A stretch of 64,000 nt of DNA from Neodothiora populina. Lineage: Eukaryota. The stretch is from positions 496,001-560,000 of the forward strand of contig NW_027191414.1 of assembly GCF_041146345.1 (NCBI RefSeq). The letters are read 5' to 3'. The position numbers and the translations under genes are program-made. This document shows, piece after piece, positions 49,648 through 61,883 of this stretch. The notes under the pieces are model-generated. The model was not told the origin of the DNA. It did not search any database and was given only the letters and a program-made list of their open reading frames with translations. Position 1 is the first letter of the stretch. Every line of letters begins with the position of its first letter.

Positions 49648-50818
49648 AAATGGTGTTTGATGATACCAAGAATGCTGAGTTGGAGCCGATCAGGCCTAAA
49701 GTCGAGTATGGGTGAAGTGTTTGTAAGGGCTGCCAGAGCCACCACGGCTGTCAATATTTCTCTCATACCTTGTCCTTGTGTGTTATCATACATTTGGCAT
49801 TGCTACAATTTAGGAACTACTTCGAAGGAAATTCCCGGACGGAAGATGCAATTTGGCATCCGGAGGCGTCCTGCCAAACCAAAAGCTCTGGTCATTTGTG
49901 CAAGGCCAAAGACCGTAATTCAGCAAAGTCAGGGGGGCAGTTATGATGAGAACATCAAACTGTCCGGACTATGCCAGCGCTGTTGTCATCTTCCTTCATA
50001 GTACTGCTCGAGAGCTCCACGCTTCAGCTTGTTCTCCAAAAATCATACTCAGAACTGTAAGGTTAGCCGCGTAACATAATGGAGTGAGTTGCAAAATAAA
50101 CAAGAAGACTCTAAGCTTCAGCTCTTCACTTCTAGATACCCAATGCCCATATCAGATGAAACAGACCCACAAGTCAAGCAATCGGGTATCTTGTTAACAC
50201 AGGAAAACCTCAGATAGCCTTGACTACTGGTTGATGTAGTGATGTAAGCATCTCCATTACTTTAGCATGCCATCATTTTCACTTTCCATCTTTCCGGCGC
50301 CGAATAGTGACCAGTCAGCCACATTTGCCGACAAGAACTATACAACAACATACCTCCACCAAGAACTCGTGTTCTCTGTGACTATTATTTTCCAGCAAGA
50401 CCATCCGGGAAGATAAAGCCGATAAGTATGGTCTGCCTCACTTTACCTCTCGAAAGCCTCGAAAGTGAGGACTTACTTTACTTTTCTCGCGCCTGCCTCT
50501 TTGGAAATGTCACTTCACTTCGCCGTCGTGTCTCAACGCTACTTTGTCTTGCCTTTGTTGTAATTTCCATCCAATGATCCAATAACTTCGTTGAGGGAAG
50601 GAAAGGGATAGGTACTCGGATGAGACAATGGATCTGTGCCATTTATGGAAGCGAGTCACGGCGATTTCGAGGCTCATGACAATGAGGACTCAGGTCAACG
50701 AATCGGACCGTGAGGAACCCCTGTCTGAAGAGGTCAGTTGCTTTTCCATCTGTCATACTTGTCTACACGCTGCAGCCGTGCAGAATGAAAAGAAATACCC
50801 TCTCATGAGTCTACATCC

Positions 50819-51556
50819 ATGAAACTAATCCCCAAACCCTTGCAGAACCACACTTTCTCCCGCAAATCTCCTATGAGAAACCCATGTCCCGACGACTCAA
50901 CCACCTCCGCTAGTCGTGGCTGCAACGAAACCTCCTTCGACTTCCTCGGCCTCCCCCCCGAAATCCGCACCATGATCTACGCGTTTCACTACCCGCACTC
51001 GCCGCCCTCAAAGCCCGACCGCAAGAACTATACCGCTCTACTACGTGTTTGCAAGACCGTGCATGTGGAAAGTAGAGCCTACTTGTATCAAAGGCCGGTT
51101 TGTGTCGAGGGATTCAAGGGGCTCAAGGCTTTTTCGACGCAGATCGGAGAGGTGAATAGGGGTTTTCTGAGGGATGTCACCGTCATCCAAAGGCTGGACG
51201 AAGAGCCAAAGCAAGAAGATGACGAAAGCTTGGAAGAGGAATTGGGGGAAAACCAATGTTTGCGCGAGGGCTTCATGACGCTTCTGTCCGACAACGGCGT
51301 TTCGACGAAGCCAGGGCTGCGGGTGCTGCGTGTCAAGCGCGTGCTCTTCATGGCTGACGGGAAGCTGGCGACTCCTGGATACGTCTCAACTTGTATGACA
51401 CGGATGCTTCTGCGTCGTATCGAGCTGATCGTGTTGTTGTTCACGGCTGACGTAGGTAGGAAGGTCACCAGGACGTCTTCTTCGGACTATAAGGTCACGT
51501 CGGGCGGCGCAGAGGTGACGTTTGTGGAAGAATGCAGATTCGACTGCATGCTTTGA
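50819..51556 (+). CDS. Hypothetical protein with F-box-like LPPEIR..IY motif
   Basis: SFDFLGLPPEIRTMIY, ALLRVCKTVHVESRAYLY, FSTQIG..N...LRDV pattern of expanded fungal F-box-like families; start codon uncertain. Confidence 0.7.
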   Translation: MKLIPKPLQNHTFSRKSPMRNPCPDDSTTSASRGCNETSFDFLGLPPEIRTMIYAFHYPHSPPSKPDRKNYTALLRVCKTVHVESRAYLYQRPVCVEGFKGLKAFSTQIGEVNRGFLRDVTVIQRLDEEPKQEDDESLEEELGENQCLREGFMTLLSDNGVSTKPGLRVLRVKRVLFMADGKLATPGYVSTCMTRMLLRRIELIVLLFTADVGRKVTRTSSSDYKVTSGGAEVTFVEECRFDCML

Positions 51557-51783
51557 GGATTCCGAAGCTGCAGAAAGACAGAGAGATTGGGGGAAATAAC
51601 GCAGGTTTACCAGACTGGAGTCCAGCCCGGTGCAGGCTAGAGGTGAAGCAACGTCATGTGTTGCCATTTACGCTTTTTTCTTGCCTGTATTTTTCAGTAC
51701 CATCTAACCGTATGAGAGGATCAAAACACATAACAATTTGCGCACCACTGAGCCACTGATTCTAGATCCCTTCTCCTCCATAC

Positions 51784-52736
51784 TCAAAAGAAAACCAACT
51801 CAATCTTCTTCTCCTTGTCTTCCTGCGCGTACCCTTCTTTCAATTCTTTCCTAGCGAGGAACCTGACAAGCGGGCCCAACGTCTCCTTCATATCCAGGAT
51901 GCCACGTTTCTTGCCATCGATAGAACTCGCATCGATCACGATTCTCTCCAGCTTGTTCAACTTGAGCGCACCCGTCTCGCCCGCATCAGCCAGATCAATC
52001 AGGCGCTGCGGCGTGCCGACACCGATGCCCATTCGCGTCTTCTCGCACCCCGTGATGGCTTCCTTGAGCTTGATGTGTTTGGCGAAGAGTTTCGCGACGG
52101 CGCATTCTTTGGTCTGGAACTGGCGCAGCGCGCGCGTGACGTCTGCGGCGCGGATGCCCGAGGCGCACACCACGAGCGTGTGAGGGGACCCTGATTGCGT
52201 GGGCGCGTGCGACAGTTTGCGTTTGGCGTGTAGACCCGTGCCGCGGCGCGGCTTGCTGTATTCTTCCAGGAAGAGAGGCAGTTTCTCTGCCGTGCGGTCG
52301 AGAGACCAGGTAGTCGTGTCTTTGATAGCGGACGCTAGATCTCCCATTAGCCCGTAGAACAAACGCAAGCAAGACGAAGGAAATCTCACCCTCAACCCTT
52401 ATTTCATCCTCCTCGACCCCCGTCAACTCCTCCCCCTCAAACCTCCTCAGCCTCTGCGCCACATGATCGGCAATCAACTGCCCGTCCATGAACCCCAGCG
52501 CCCTGTTTATCCCCAACTCCACATCCAGCGCCTCCTCGCGCGCTTCCTCCTTCTTGCTGCGCTTGCTGCCTTCGCCTTTGGCTTTTTGCTTTGCTTTCTT
52601 CGCCGCGCGCTTGCTCAGCCCACTGGGGACGGCGGATGTTGGCGGGGCATCGAGGTCGGCGTCCGAGTCTTCGAGGTCGGGCTCTTCGGATTCCGTGGCT
52701 CGCTTGCGCTTCTGCGTGGGTTTCGTCGGTTTCGCC

Positions 52737-52780
<44 letters not shown>

Positions 52781-52867
52781 AGTGGCTCGGTTCTCGGGCG
52801 GCGTCGTGCTGGGCGAGAGCGGTTCTCGTAGCGGCACTCCTGCTGAACTACTCTCCGAGTCGGACAT
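51784..52867 (-). CDS. CMS1: Cms1/CMSS1 90S pre-ribosome-associated protein; intron 52335-52389
   Basis: GSPHTLVV.ASGIRAAD, VAKLFAKHIKL, GIGVGTPQRL, IVIDAS.IDGKKRGILDM motifs. Confidence 0.9.
52740..52780. repeat. Pure (GCT)13 trinucleotide repeat encoding a poly-Ala tract in CMS1
   Basis: Direct read; translates as a 14-Ala run on the minus strand. Confidence 0.92.
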
Positions 52868-53001
52868 TTTTGTGTCTTGTCGCTCTTTCTCTTCTTGTTC
52901 TGATCAAATCTCTTGACCGGGAGTTTTCTCTCTGCCTTCCGGTTCTTGTGGGTTTTCTTTGTATGAAGAGTCACGTTGTCGGAGGCAGTGTATATACAAA
53001 C

Positions 53002-53017
53002 GAGATGAGTAATTTCA
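53002..53017 (-). promoter_or_regulatory. PAC-like (GAGATGAG) and adjacent weak RRPE-like (TGAAATT) motif upstream of CMS1
   Basis: Minus strand TGAAATTACTCATCTC about 140 bp upstream of a ribosome-biogenesis gene; resembles the yeast RiBi elements, but the match is short. Confidence 0.3.
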
Positions 53018-53376
53018 GGTACAGAAGATGAAATAAATTGGAGACAGAGCACCGTTTTCTGCGTTTGGGGGATCAGAAAAAGGTGTCTTATCGATAAGAA
53101 GAAGAAGCTGGACTGGCGGCCGAGACAATAAACTAGGACTGCTATTTATTGCTGTACTTCGTCGCAGGCATTAATTGAGGTATTCACTATATATCCTACC
53201 TAGACATACCTGGGATGCCTGTAGCCTTTGACCTCGACGGGCTGCTCTGGCTAGCATAAAACGAGCTCTGGCGAGGCAATGAGATAGCTAGTTCATGTTT
53301 GGGAAACATCGAGTCGTTACGGTGTGTGTCCCCAGACTAAGTACCGAAACCCGCTCGACTGCCCGTGGTCCATCAA

Positions 53377-53400
53377 CACCACCACCACCACCACCACCAC
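53377..53400. repeat. (CAC)8 microsatellite, intergenic
   Basis: Direct read of the sequence. Confidence 0.9.
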
Positions 53401-54074
53401 TACCATCACGTCGCCAACCTCAGAAAACAAAATCATGAGCGTCCTTGCCTCGACACATCTTCACAACCCCCAGTCCTGTTCCAAACCGGTGTGGCACGTT
53501 ACCACAGCTCAAGGACGCCGGTGACTCATAGATTCTGCATTGGCTCAATCTTTCTTTCCTTTCCCATTCTCCCATTATTGGTCGTCCTCGAGTACGAGCC
53601 ACCACCACATGAACCAGCTTCCCATGACACTTCCAACGCCACACCGCCCACCTGATCCTGATCTCGCGCGAGTGGCTTGGCTTTTTTCCTTGTCTACAGA
53701 TACAAGAAGTGATTTTTTTTTGCATATGAAGATCAAAATCAATCGGCAAGAAAAAGATCATTAGAAAAATTTGCGGGTATTAGATCCTGCTTTGGAAAAA
53801 GAAGAAAAAGCAAGATGTGAGATCAAAACAAAAAACCAGATGGCGAACAATGACACGAGAGAAAAGGACAAAAGGGTTACGAACGAATGAAGGGACATAT
53901 AGCAGTAGTAATAATAATAGTATCAATAGTGTGAATGAAATGTTGGAAAAAAGGAAGGAATAGTTGCATAAAATAAGGAATTATGTCCACGAAAGGAGTT
54001 TTGGTGAGATCAAGGCCCACTGGGAAACGCGAGCAGGTCGACCTGACCTGACATCAAGCGAGCTCAGACGAGCT

Positions 54075-56537
54075 TCACATGACATTGCTCTCCTCTTCTT
54101 CCCAGCCAGGAAGACCACCCTCAGCAGAGATGGCCAGACCATAGCCATTGCCAAGTCCACTTAGACCAGCACCGAGGCCTCCGAAGCCTTGGTTCTGCTG
54201 GTGCTGTGGCTGTGGCTGAGAGAAGACTGGCAGACTGACTGTCCTCGAGTGCTGGCTGCGTGCTGCACTGCTGTTTCCAGCAGCTGACAGAGTACCAGTA
54301 CCGAACCCGCCATTGCCGAAGCCGTTGGTCAGGTTCACCGAGTGTGTCGAGTGATGGCCGTAGTGCGAAGGCGCTTGCAGGCCGGTGGAACTTCTGCCGT
54401 TGTTGGCATCACCGCTGTAGAACGCTTCCTGCGGAGTGAGCTGCGATTGCTGTTGCTGCTGTCCTCCCTGGCTCAAACTCATGTGAGAGAATTGAGGGCT
54501 GATGTCATGGGGCGACGACTGGCCATGCTGTTGCGGCTGCTGCTGCGCATGCTGTGCTGCAGCAAGATACATCGTCAGAGGATTGTTACCACCGGCGTTG
54601 AGAATCGTGGATGGCGTCGGACCCTGGAGAGGGTTGAAGTTGTTCGATCCGCCCTGGCTTGGGGAGATGGAGTTCTGACCGCGCATAGCACTCAGCGGAC
54701 TAGGCGATTGCACGCCCTCCTGTTGCTGGCTCTGCTGTACTTGTGGGTTCTGCACCATCTGTCTCGGGGGATTGCCGCAACGATCCTTGCCAAAGTTGAC
54801 CTTGAAACGCTTGTATTCCTCTTTGCCTCGGATGGCTTCGATGGCCTTGATCGCGTTGGCAATGTTGGTGAAGTTGACAAAGGCACAGCTCTTCTCGCGC
54901 AGGGTGTTGACCAACTCGATCTCGCCGTACTCGGAGAAGTCCTGTCGAAGGCGCTCCTCGGTCCACGACTCATCGAGGTTGCCAATGTAAACGTTACGGG
55001 AAGCACCACCGCTGACAGCGAGAGCGATAGCGGGAGGAAGAGCTCCGGAGTGTTTGCCCCAGCCAATCTTCAATCGTCGGTTGTGGATCATGAGACCTTG
55101 GAGGTTAGACAAGGCGAAGAACGCGGCAGCGGACGTGGGGTCGATGAACGTCACAAAGCAAATGTGCTTGTCGGGAATGTAGCGAATGTGATGCAGGAGA
55201 CCTCCTCGGACGACGTTGCAGATTTCCTCAATGGTCGTCTCTGGATGAATGTTGCCGAGGTAGACGGTGCGGTTACCAAGATTGTTCACACCTCCCGCAG
55301 TCGTAGCAACAGCGGCAGCGGCGACTGATTGTTGGGCAAGAGCATTCGAGATGAGGTCCCGATCGGCGCCGTTCAGCACGTGTGCATAGCCAGGGGCAAT
55401 GCCCAGATACTGGGCGGCGTTCTGCTGCTGCGTCTTGGAGACATAGGCGCATCTATCCTTACCGTAGTAGACACGGCGGGGTGCTTGCCACTTGGCCTCT
55501 TGAGGGAGTTGTGTGACAGCCTTGATGGCATTGCCGATAGACAGGAAATGAACGAAACCAATGGCCTTCTCTCTGACAATCTTAACAGTATCGATGGGGC
55601 CGAACTTGGTCAACTCTTCCCTAAGCTCATCCTCGGAGACCTCTTCGGGGATGTTACCGAGGTAGACGTTACGAGAAGCGCCGGACTGTTGGACAGCGAG
55701 GGCGACAGAAGTGGGGACGGACGAAGGCTTTCCCCAGCCGATCTTGATATCCTGACCCTTGATGCAAAGCTTCTTCAAAATCGCGTCCGAGTGGAAATGA
55801 GTGGCCGAGCTCCCATCCAAGAAAGAGATGAAGGCGCAGTTCTTGTCGGCCAGGAGGCGAACAGATTCGATCTGGCCGCTGCGGACGTGGTTCAGAATTT
55901 CTTCTGCAGACGTGTCCGGGGGAATGTTGCCGAGGTAGACGGTGCGACTCGCACTCGACATCAGGCCAGGCGCGATGCCTAGAGGTGCGGTGGACAGAGT
56001 GCCCATGTTCTGGTTGGGAAGAGCGCCATAGCCAATCGACTGCTGCTGACCGCCGGGGTAGTATGGTGTAGCATTCATCTGCGGCGGAGACATGAGACCA
56101 GGGTACATCTGCGGCGACATGGCCACGTTCTGTTGAGCCTGGTAGCCATTGTTCATCTGGTTCTGTTGCATCTGCTGGCGTTGCGGTGGCTGGAAGGAGG
56201 AAAAGCTCTGGAAGCCCGGTGAAGCAAAAGCGGACGGTGACTGAGGCTGGAAGGGACTGCCGATGAGCAAGTTCGAGGGAAGTAGCGGAGTGAAGTTCAT
56301 GTCAAGCCCTGTACCAGGGGTCTGCTCATTGGTCGAGGTCATCTGGGGCAGACGACCGGTGTTGATCTGGGGAATGTTGGTTCGGTGTCTGTCAGAGAAG
56401 CTCGGGATAGACTGGTGATTGGTGGTGAAGGCGCTGTGGGAGAATCCCAGATTGTCGCTGTTCATGCCTTGATTCGCGAAAGCTTGAGACAGACGGTTCG
56501 CTTTAGACGCCGACGCTGTCGAGTCCGACACTTGCAT
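54075..56537 (-). CDS. Four-RRM RNA-binding protein, Nrd1/Msa2 (S. pombe) / Mrn1-like; true start uncertain (ATG 56537, ATG 56465 or ACG 56642)
   Basis: Four RRMs starting SRTVYLGNI, SRNVYLGNI, NRTVYLGNI, SRNVYIGNL, with IGWGK and Y/FGKDRC ends; Q/S/N-rich flanks. Confidence 0.9.
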   Translation of the reverse strand: MQVSDSTASASKANRLSQAFANQGMNSDNLGFSHSAFTTNHQSIPSFSDRHRTNIPQINTGRLPQMTSTNEQTPGTGLDMNFTPLLPSNLLIGSPFQPQSPSAFASPGFQSFSSFQPPQRQQMQQNQMNNGYQAQQNVAMSPQMYPGLMSPPQMNATPYYPGGQQQSIGYGALPNQNMGTLSTAPLGIAPGLMSSASRTVYLGNIPPDTSAEEILNHVRSGQIESVRLLADKNCAFISFLDGSSATHFHSDAILKKLCIKGQDIKIGWGKPSSVPTSVALAVQQSGASRNVYLGNIPEEVSEDELREELTKFGPIDTVKIVREKAIGFVHFLSIGNAIKAVTQLPQEAKWQAPRRVYYGKDRCAYVSKTQQQNAAQYLGIAPGYAHVLNGADRDLISNALAQQSVAAAAVATTAGGVNNLGNRTVYLGNIHPETTIEEICNVVRGGLLHHIRYIPDKHICFVTFIDPTSAAAFFALSNLQGLMIHNRRLKIGWGKHSGALPPAIALAVSGGASRNVYIGNLDESWTEERLRQDFSEYGEIELVNTLREKSCAFVNFTNIANAIKAIEAIRGKEEYKRFKVNFGKDRCGNPPRQMVQNPQVQQSQQQEGVQSPSPLSAMRGQNSISPSQGGSNNFNPLQGPTPSTILNAGGNNPLTMYLAAAQHAQQQPQQHGQSSPHDISPQFSHMSLSQGGQQQQQSQLTPQEAFYSGDANNGRSSTGLQAPSHYGHHSTHSVNLTNGFGNGGFGTGTLSAAGNSSAARSQHSRTVSLPVFSQPQPQHQQNQGFGGLGAGLSGLGNGYGLAISAEGGLPGWEEEESNVM

Positions 56538-57340
56538 ACCAAGAAGGTGAGGAGGCAGGACCAACGAGTCCCGCGAGTGGGGAGATAGGACAGCCGTGGT
56601 GTCAGAAGAGGACGTGTCCGGGGTAAGCGAGACCGGACACGTGAAATGGGTTGATTTTTTTTTGGTTCTGTCAAGTCAAGAGCAGTGACGAGGGCGGTAG
56701 TGTGTGTGCAAGTGCAGCGACGACAAAAGGCGGTCGAAGAAGCTGTAGGCAATAATTGGCGTTCAAGTCTGTTCGGGTACAAGGTTAGCAGTAGAACGGC
56801 GCCAGTGCCAGCCAGCACAGCAAGAAAGAAACAGACCCACCTACCTCGATAAGGATGAAGCAAATCTGGTATGTGTAGATTGTAACTGTCAGAATAGGAG
56901 AGTCCCAGGTATGGCGATCTCCCAGAAGTCTAAAGGAGAACTAAAGGAGAAATGAGAAGCTGTTTGTGGTATTATTGGGTATAACTGTGGTATCCAATCG
57001 AAAGTGTGATATATAGTATAACACCGTGCTCTGCGGTAGCCGGCGACGGACTCGCTCTCTTGTCTCGTAAATTGAGTGACCTTTTTTTTTTGTTCGAGGC
57101 GGTGGAAGGAAAAGGATCAGCTAGACACGGGAGTCGGGCCCCAGAGGCGTGTGTGAGAGTGTCGGTGCCAAATGGCGCTATTAAAGAAGTATGGTGGGGA
57201 TATAGGGGGTTATAAATTGTGTAAACGAAGCGAATGGATGATTGAAAGTGAATGGATTTATCCAAAGTAGAATTGAATTGAGACAAGCAAGAAAGATGAT
57301 AATTGAGAAACGAGTGACGATTTTCAAAGGGCGAAAAGAA

Positions 57341-57364
57341 GACGACGACGACGACGACGATGAC
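57341..57364. repeat. (GAC)6-GAT-GAC microsatellite upstream of the four-RRM gene
   Basis: Direct read of the sequence. Confidence 0.85.
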
Positions 57365-59707
57365 AGGGCGCTTCAGGAGCAATGGCAGAAAAAGGAAGGA
57401 AGGGAACAGACCACAAGGCCAGAGACTAGATGGATGTGGATGGTGGAACGTGAATGCCGGCTCACGCTCGCTGCCCTGGTGGTTGAGGGGAGATGATGAT
57501 TGCGAGCATCAGGGCCAGCGTAACCAAAAGGCGTCTGGGCGTGATTCCGCCTCAAAAAAAAACCCAAATGGCTTCAGCGTCAAAAAGACACACCAGAGTG
57601 GCCGAAATTACAACATTTGCCCACCCAGGCGCTAGGGCTGCCGTTCCAAGCAGCAGTGTGCAGCAACCCTCGCGCCCCCTCTTCTTTTCATCCATTGTTG
57701 TATCTCCAGGACTACCTCAATCTCTCAAGATTGCCCTTTCCATGCGATCCTCCGTCCATGGCCAGATCATGCCGTTTTCGGTCGTCATCGTGTGCTGTGA
57801 TGCAGAAAAAGCCACACCCATGCGGACACACACTTTGCTCGTCGAAAGCCTCTGTGAAGCTGTGGAAATGTGAAACGCAGCTGTGTGCAGGCCGCAAGAC
57901 CACTTGCCCAGTGTCAACAAATACAAACCACGGCCCTTTGCTCCAAAATAAACGCCGATCGTCAGGTACAGGCCAAAGCGCGCCGAGCTGTCATAGACGG
58001 CCGTCCAATCCTGGCATCTCATCCCCAGTTTTTAAGAATCCGCGGCTAAAATAGAGTAACTCTAGCTGCTTGTGCTAGCTGTATTCGTCCACCAGCAATC
58101 TCCAGAGGCGGCCCTCTCGCTACCACTCCCCATCTCCTTTCGTCTTGAGAATCCAAGTATACTGGCACGCTACTGCAGCTCTGTAGACAGACGCTCGACA
58201 GGGTGACTGCCTGCCTCGTCAAATGCAATCTAATCTCACCTGTCTCAATACTAACATACCTGTGGTACTTGGACAAGCTTCGTAAGGCGGCAACGGTCGT
58301 GAGCCCTCCTGTTGCTTGTTGCTTTACCTTACCTGACGCTGCTGCAGTGCATTGCATACGGCATGTACAATACACTGACAGTTGCCGTCGCCGCCACCTC
58401 GGCTCCGCTCCATAAAGCTCTGACAAAAACGCTCTGGGACAGAAATAAACGTGCCCATGGTGCGACAGTCTTTTTCACCTTTCCTTGCCCTGCAAATAGC
58501 CTCACTGTCTCATTGTCTTACTTGAAGATCTGCACACGCGACACTGCATCTCTGGCTGTGACCTGCGACTCTAGCAAATATGTCTCATCGTTGACAGAGG
58601 GCAACGCTGCTCGACCGAATTTTTTACTTTCTGCTTTGCCCTTCCAGCGACCGGGTAAAAGACGACCAACCGTTATAACATGTCTGCTATAGGGGTCTCA
58701 CGACATGGATGTCCCGAACCTGCAGCAGAATAAGTGCTGGCTTCCGCCACACAAGTATATACATGTGACGCAACAAAAGAAACAACCGGCCTTGCAACGC
58801 CCGCAAGTCGGCAAGTAGGTAACAATGCGAACAAGCAAGAAGCTGCGTCACAGATCTGGTGCCAGAGCCAGGCAAGGACCGTGTGGAGAGGGAAAGATGT
58901 CATATGTGTGCGCATCGCAATCTACACTTGGTTTGAACTGCTGCTGTATGACATGTGTAATGTATGAAGTGCGGAAAGACAGATCTCAACTCTCAGTGTG
59001 TACTTGCGGTAGCTTGACATAGAATCAACGACCAAAAAAAGGGGGGCGGAGTGGAATTGGAGTAGCGGAGACTCCACTCTCGGCCCATGAGTGCCGCTGC
59101 CGTCCTTGGTAAAGGCATGGTGAGGTAATAATTGCACCTCAAGTATTTAAAGATAGATATAATGTAGGCTTTGAAGGCAATGTGTTGAAAGCCCCATTCT
59201 TTGGTGGAGCTCATGGTCTGCTTACTCTACTGTAGGGTGATACTCTTTGCCTCGAAATCCAATACGAAAATTCTAGCTTGCGCCGTCTCGAGTCGCAACC
59301 AATATTATGTGTACTCTCAATAGCAGACAGAGTGGATAGATACAGTGTTACTGTCTCGAGTGGGCAACTTGGTGTCACAGTGACTCAGAAGTTAAGAGGA
59401 CACAACACTATGATTTATGAAAAACAGACTTGAAGTGATTAATTCATGTGTATCCATATATTGTATCTATCCCACTCTTTCTATCAAATGAACGCAATAT
59501 CATCATCCAACCAGCTCAACGCCCATGACCATCTATCTACTGTACGCCAACTCGTGAAATATGCAAATGGAAACGTCGAATGGAGTCGCCTGCGACCAAA
59601 TCCCATACGCCAGCAATAACACCATGACTTGCACCTTGAGACTTCTAAGCGCAAGTCGTCGCAGAAATGCCCATGCTGAGGGAAGACAACATCACAAAAG
59701 AGCGATT

Positions 59708-60319
59708 TCAAGGCTTCGCAACCCATGTTTGTGAGTAGCATATGCCTCCACCCTCGGCTTTCTCGGCTACAAAATCGCTATCTTCGCGACCGACGTGAAG
59801 ACCAACCTCTTCTACGCCCTTGCAAAAGTCCCAGCAAGCACTCCGCGATGCGCAGAAAGCGACCCAGCCTGGGCCAGTGAGTCTGTCGCATTGCATCCTG
59901 AGTCTTTTCAAATTGATCGATTCAGCCAGCAAGTGCAGACAGGGAGTGTTCAGAGGGTGCCCAAACTCCCAGGAATGAAGAGTTACATCGAGTAGCATAG
60001 CGCGGTGTTCCGGGCCGATTGCGAGCAGGAAAGTGTGTAGTGCTGCAGTGTCCTGGAAGTGCAGAGGCTGGCTGTAGAGAAGCCAGAAAGCTTCGCGATA
60101 TATCTGTTTGTTCGCCAATACCAATGCGCTGTTCAAGGTGATGTCGCGTGCGTGATTGACGTCTCGAGGATTCTGACGGCGCGCGACTGCTTTGCCGCAG
60201 CTTGGACCGTGGTGATGATACATTATTGTGACACCGGGTACCTTAAGCACATTGAGGTAGATCTCGTTGCGCAGCTCGGGCGGCAGCGACAAGAAGGGGA
60301 AGTGGTTACGACGAGACAT
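59708..60319 (-). CDS. Hypothetical protein with F-box-like LPPELR..IY motif; 3' part may be degenerate
   Basis: FPFLSLPPELRNEIY, LVLANKQIYREA..LLYSQ..HFQDTAAL..FL..IG; similarity to the family pattern fades after about aa 150. Confidence 0.62.
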   Translation of the reverse strand: MSRRNHFPFLSLPPELRNEIYLNVLKVPGVTIMYHHHGPSCGKAVARRQNPRDVNHARDITLNSALVLANKQIYREAFWLLYSQPLHFQDTAALHTFLLAIGPEHRAMLLDVTLHSWEFGHPLNTPCLHLLAESINLKRLRMQCDRLTGPGWVAFCASRSACWDFCKGVEEVGLHVGREDSDFVAEKAEGGGICYSQTWVAKP

Positions 60320-61883
60320 GTCGTCTTGACACGGTTTCTCAGTATCGATGCTGGTGACAGCGGCTTTGGAAGAAGTTGTAGAAACAGAATAACGAAATTC
60401 GTTGAACGATGACGATTCCGAGGAATGATAACGAATTAATCAAGGTAGGTTCGGGTAATTGCGCGTTCCCGTCTGCACCCGAAAACGGGAGAAACTCCGG
60501 CCGTTGGTGCAGGCGTATGCGGTAAGGTGTATGCGGTATGCTATAAAAGTATGGCATAGATTGCGGGAACAATAATGAAAAAGAAATGCGATTACCTAGA
60601 GAGCACCAGTCGTGATATGTTCCCACCGACTGTGAGGATCCGGACCACGGCGAGCAGGCTTGGGTGGAGTGATAACGATGAATGGCGTGATGGTTTCAGC
60701 CGGAGCCAAAGTGGTGCAGCGCTCTTGTACAGTAGAATATAAGGAAATTGTGGGTGAAGAAGAAGGAGGACTCAGAGACGAAACATGCGACAAAAAGTCG
60801 AACTTACCTAGTCATTACCATCACGGTGTCCATCAAGGTTTCTCACACATGCTCTGGAGAGCACGACAGTGTCGAGGGGTGGAGGACGATCAAAAATCGT
60901 CTGCTGACAACATTGAACACACGACTCTTCTCAGAGTAGACCAAGCCTGTAATCATTCGTCTATTCTCTCGCGAGCAATCTCCAGTCCGCACTTGACAGC
61001 GTAGGGTTGCACCAAATACTCCTTGAAGGACAACGTCGGTAGGCAGCACCCATGCTCGACTTATGAGATCAGATTGAACTCATCAACCACAGCCTATTGA
61101 GAGGCCCCACGCGGTGGAGTAGATCATGTTACTTCGTGAAGATGAGCGCTGGGAATATCGAGAAATGGGCAGTGGGCAATTGTGTGAGAGGAAACATGGA
61201 TGGGGAGCGACTGAACAGGTGGGGTAGCCTCGGCAATGGAAGAGGTATTCTTGTACCATGATCCATGACAGGAGCGAAGACACAAATGTGGCAATGATCT
61301 AGGCTCAATATTGATCTCGCTTTGGTCTTAAACGTTACTTGATTGAGGGCCTGACAGGGTTGAAATACCATCAACCACGAGCTGGAGGATTGATCCTCGT
61401 ATGGCTGATTATACAATGGTGTTCCTCTGAGGCAGTAGACTCGGTCCATACATGACAATGGCGAGAGATGACATGTCGTGTGAGAGTATGATGATAGAAG
61501 TCGATGGCAGTCATACTACATGAAGGAAAGCAGAATATATTCTGAGTGATTTGAAGAACACAATAAGCATGAAGTATTGAGCGAACAGTAGAATAAGGTC
61601 GTGTTTGAAGGCGAAACAAGATGGGAGATGGATGGTCGAAAGTCCAGGAGCGGAACAACTTCGGCAGGATTGTGCATGGGTACGTCAATCGACCTTCGAA
61701 GCTCCAATGATGAGGCGCGAGTGATTCCAGAGTAACAAACCGCCATTCATCTCCAATACCACAACACTATCATCTCATCCACAGATCCATCAAGTCTCCA
61801 CTTCACTGTGTAGAGAAGAAAAGCTGCACACCATCTCAGACACAACACGAATCTAGCGAGCGCCGCAGAGACATTCACCAATC

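Noticed and set aside
53365..53655. Poly-His / poly-Thr ORFs
   Set aside because: Products of the (CAC)8 microsatellite; no coding character.
54342..55982. Long plus-strand ORFs (328 and 217 aa)
   Set aside because: Antisense shadows of the four-RRM gene. The same applies to 24171-24947, 30639-31382, 18445-19140 and 62807-63571.
56930..56951. Tandem 11-bp duplication CTAAAGGAGAA
   Set aside because: Only two copies in non-coding leader DNA; no evidence of function or of a mobile element.
61600..61883. Rpn4/PACE element upstream of RPN5
   Set aside because: No GGTGGCAAA-like match that I can support.
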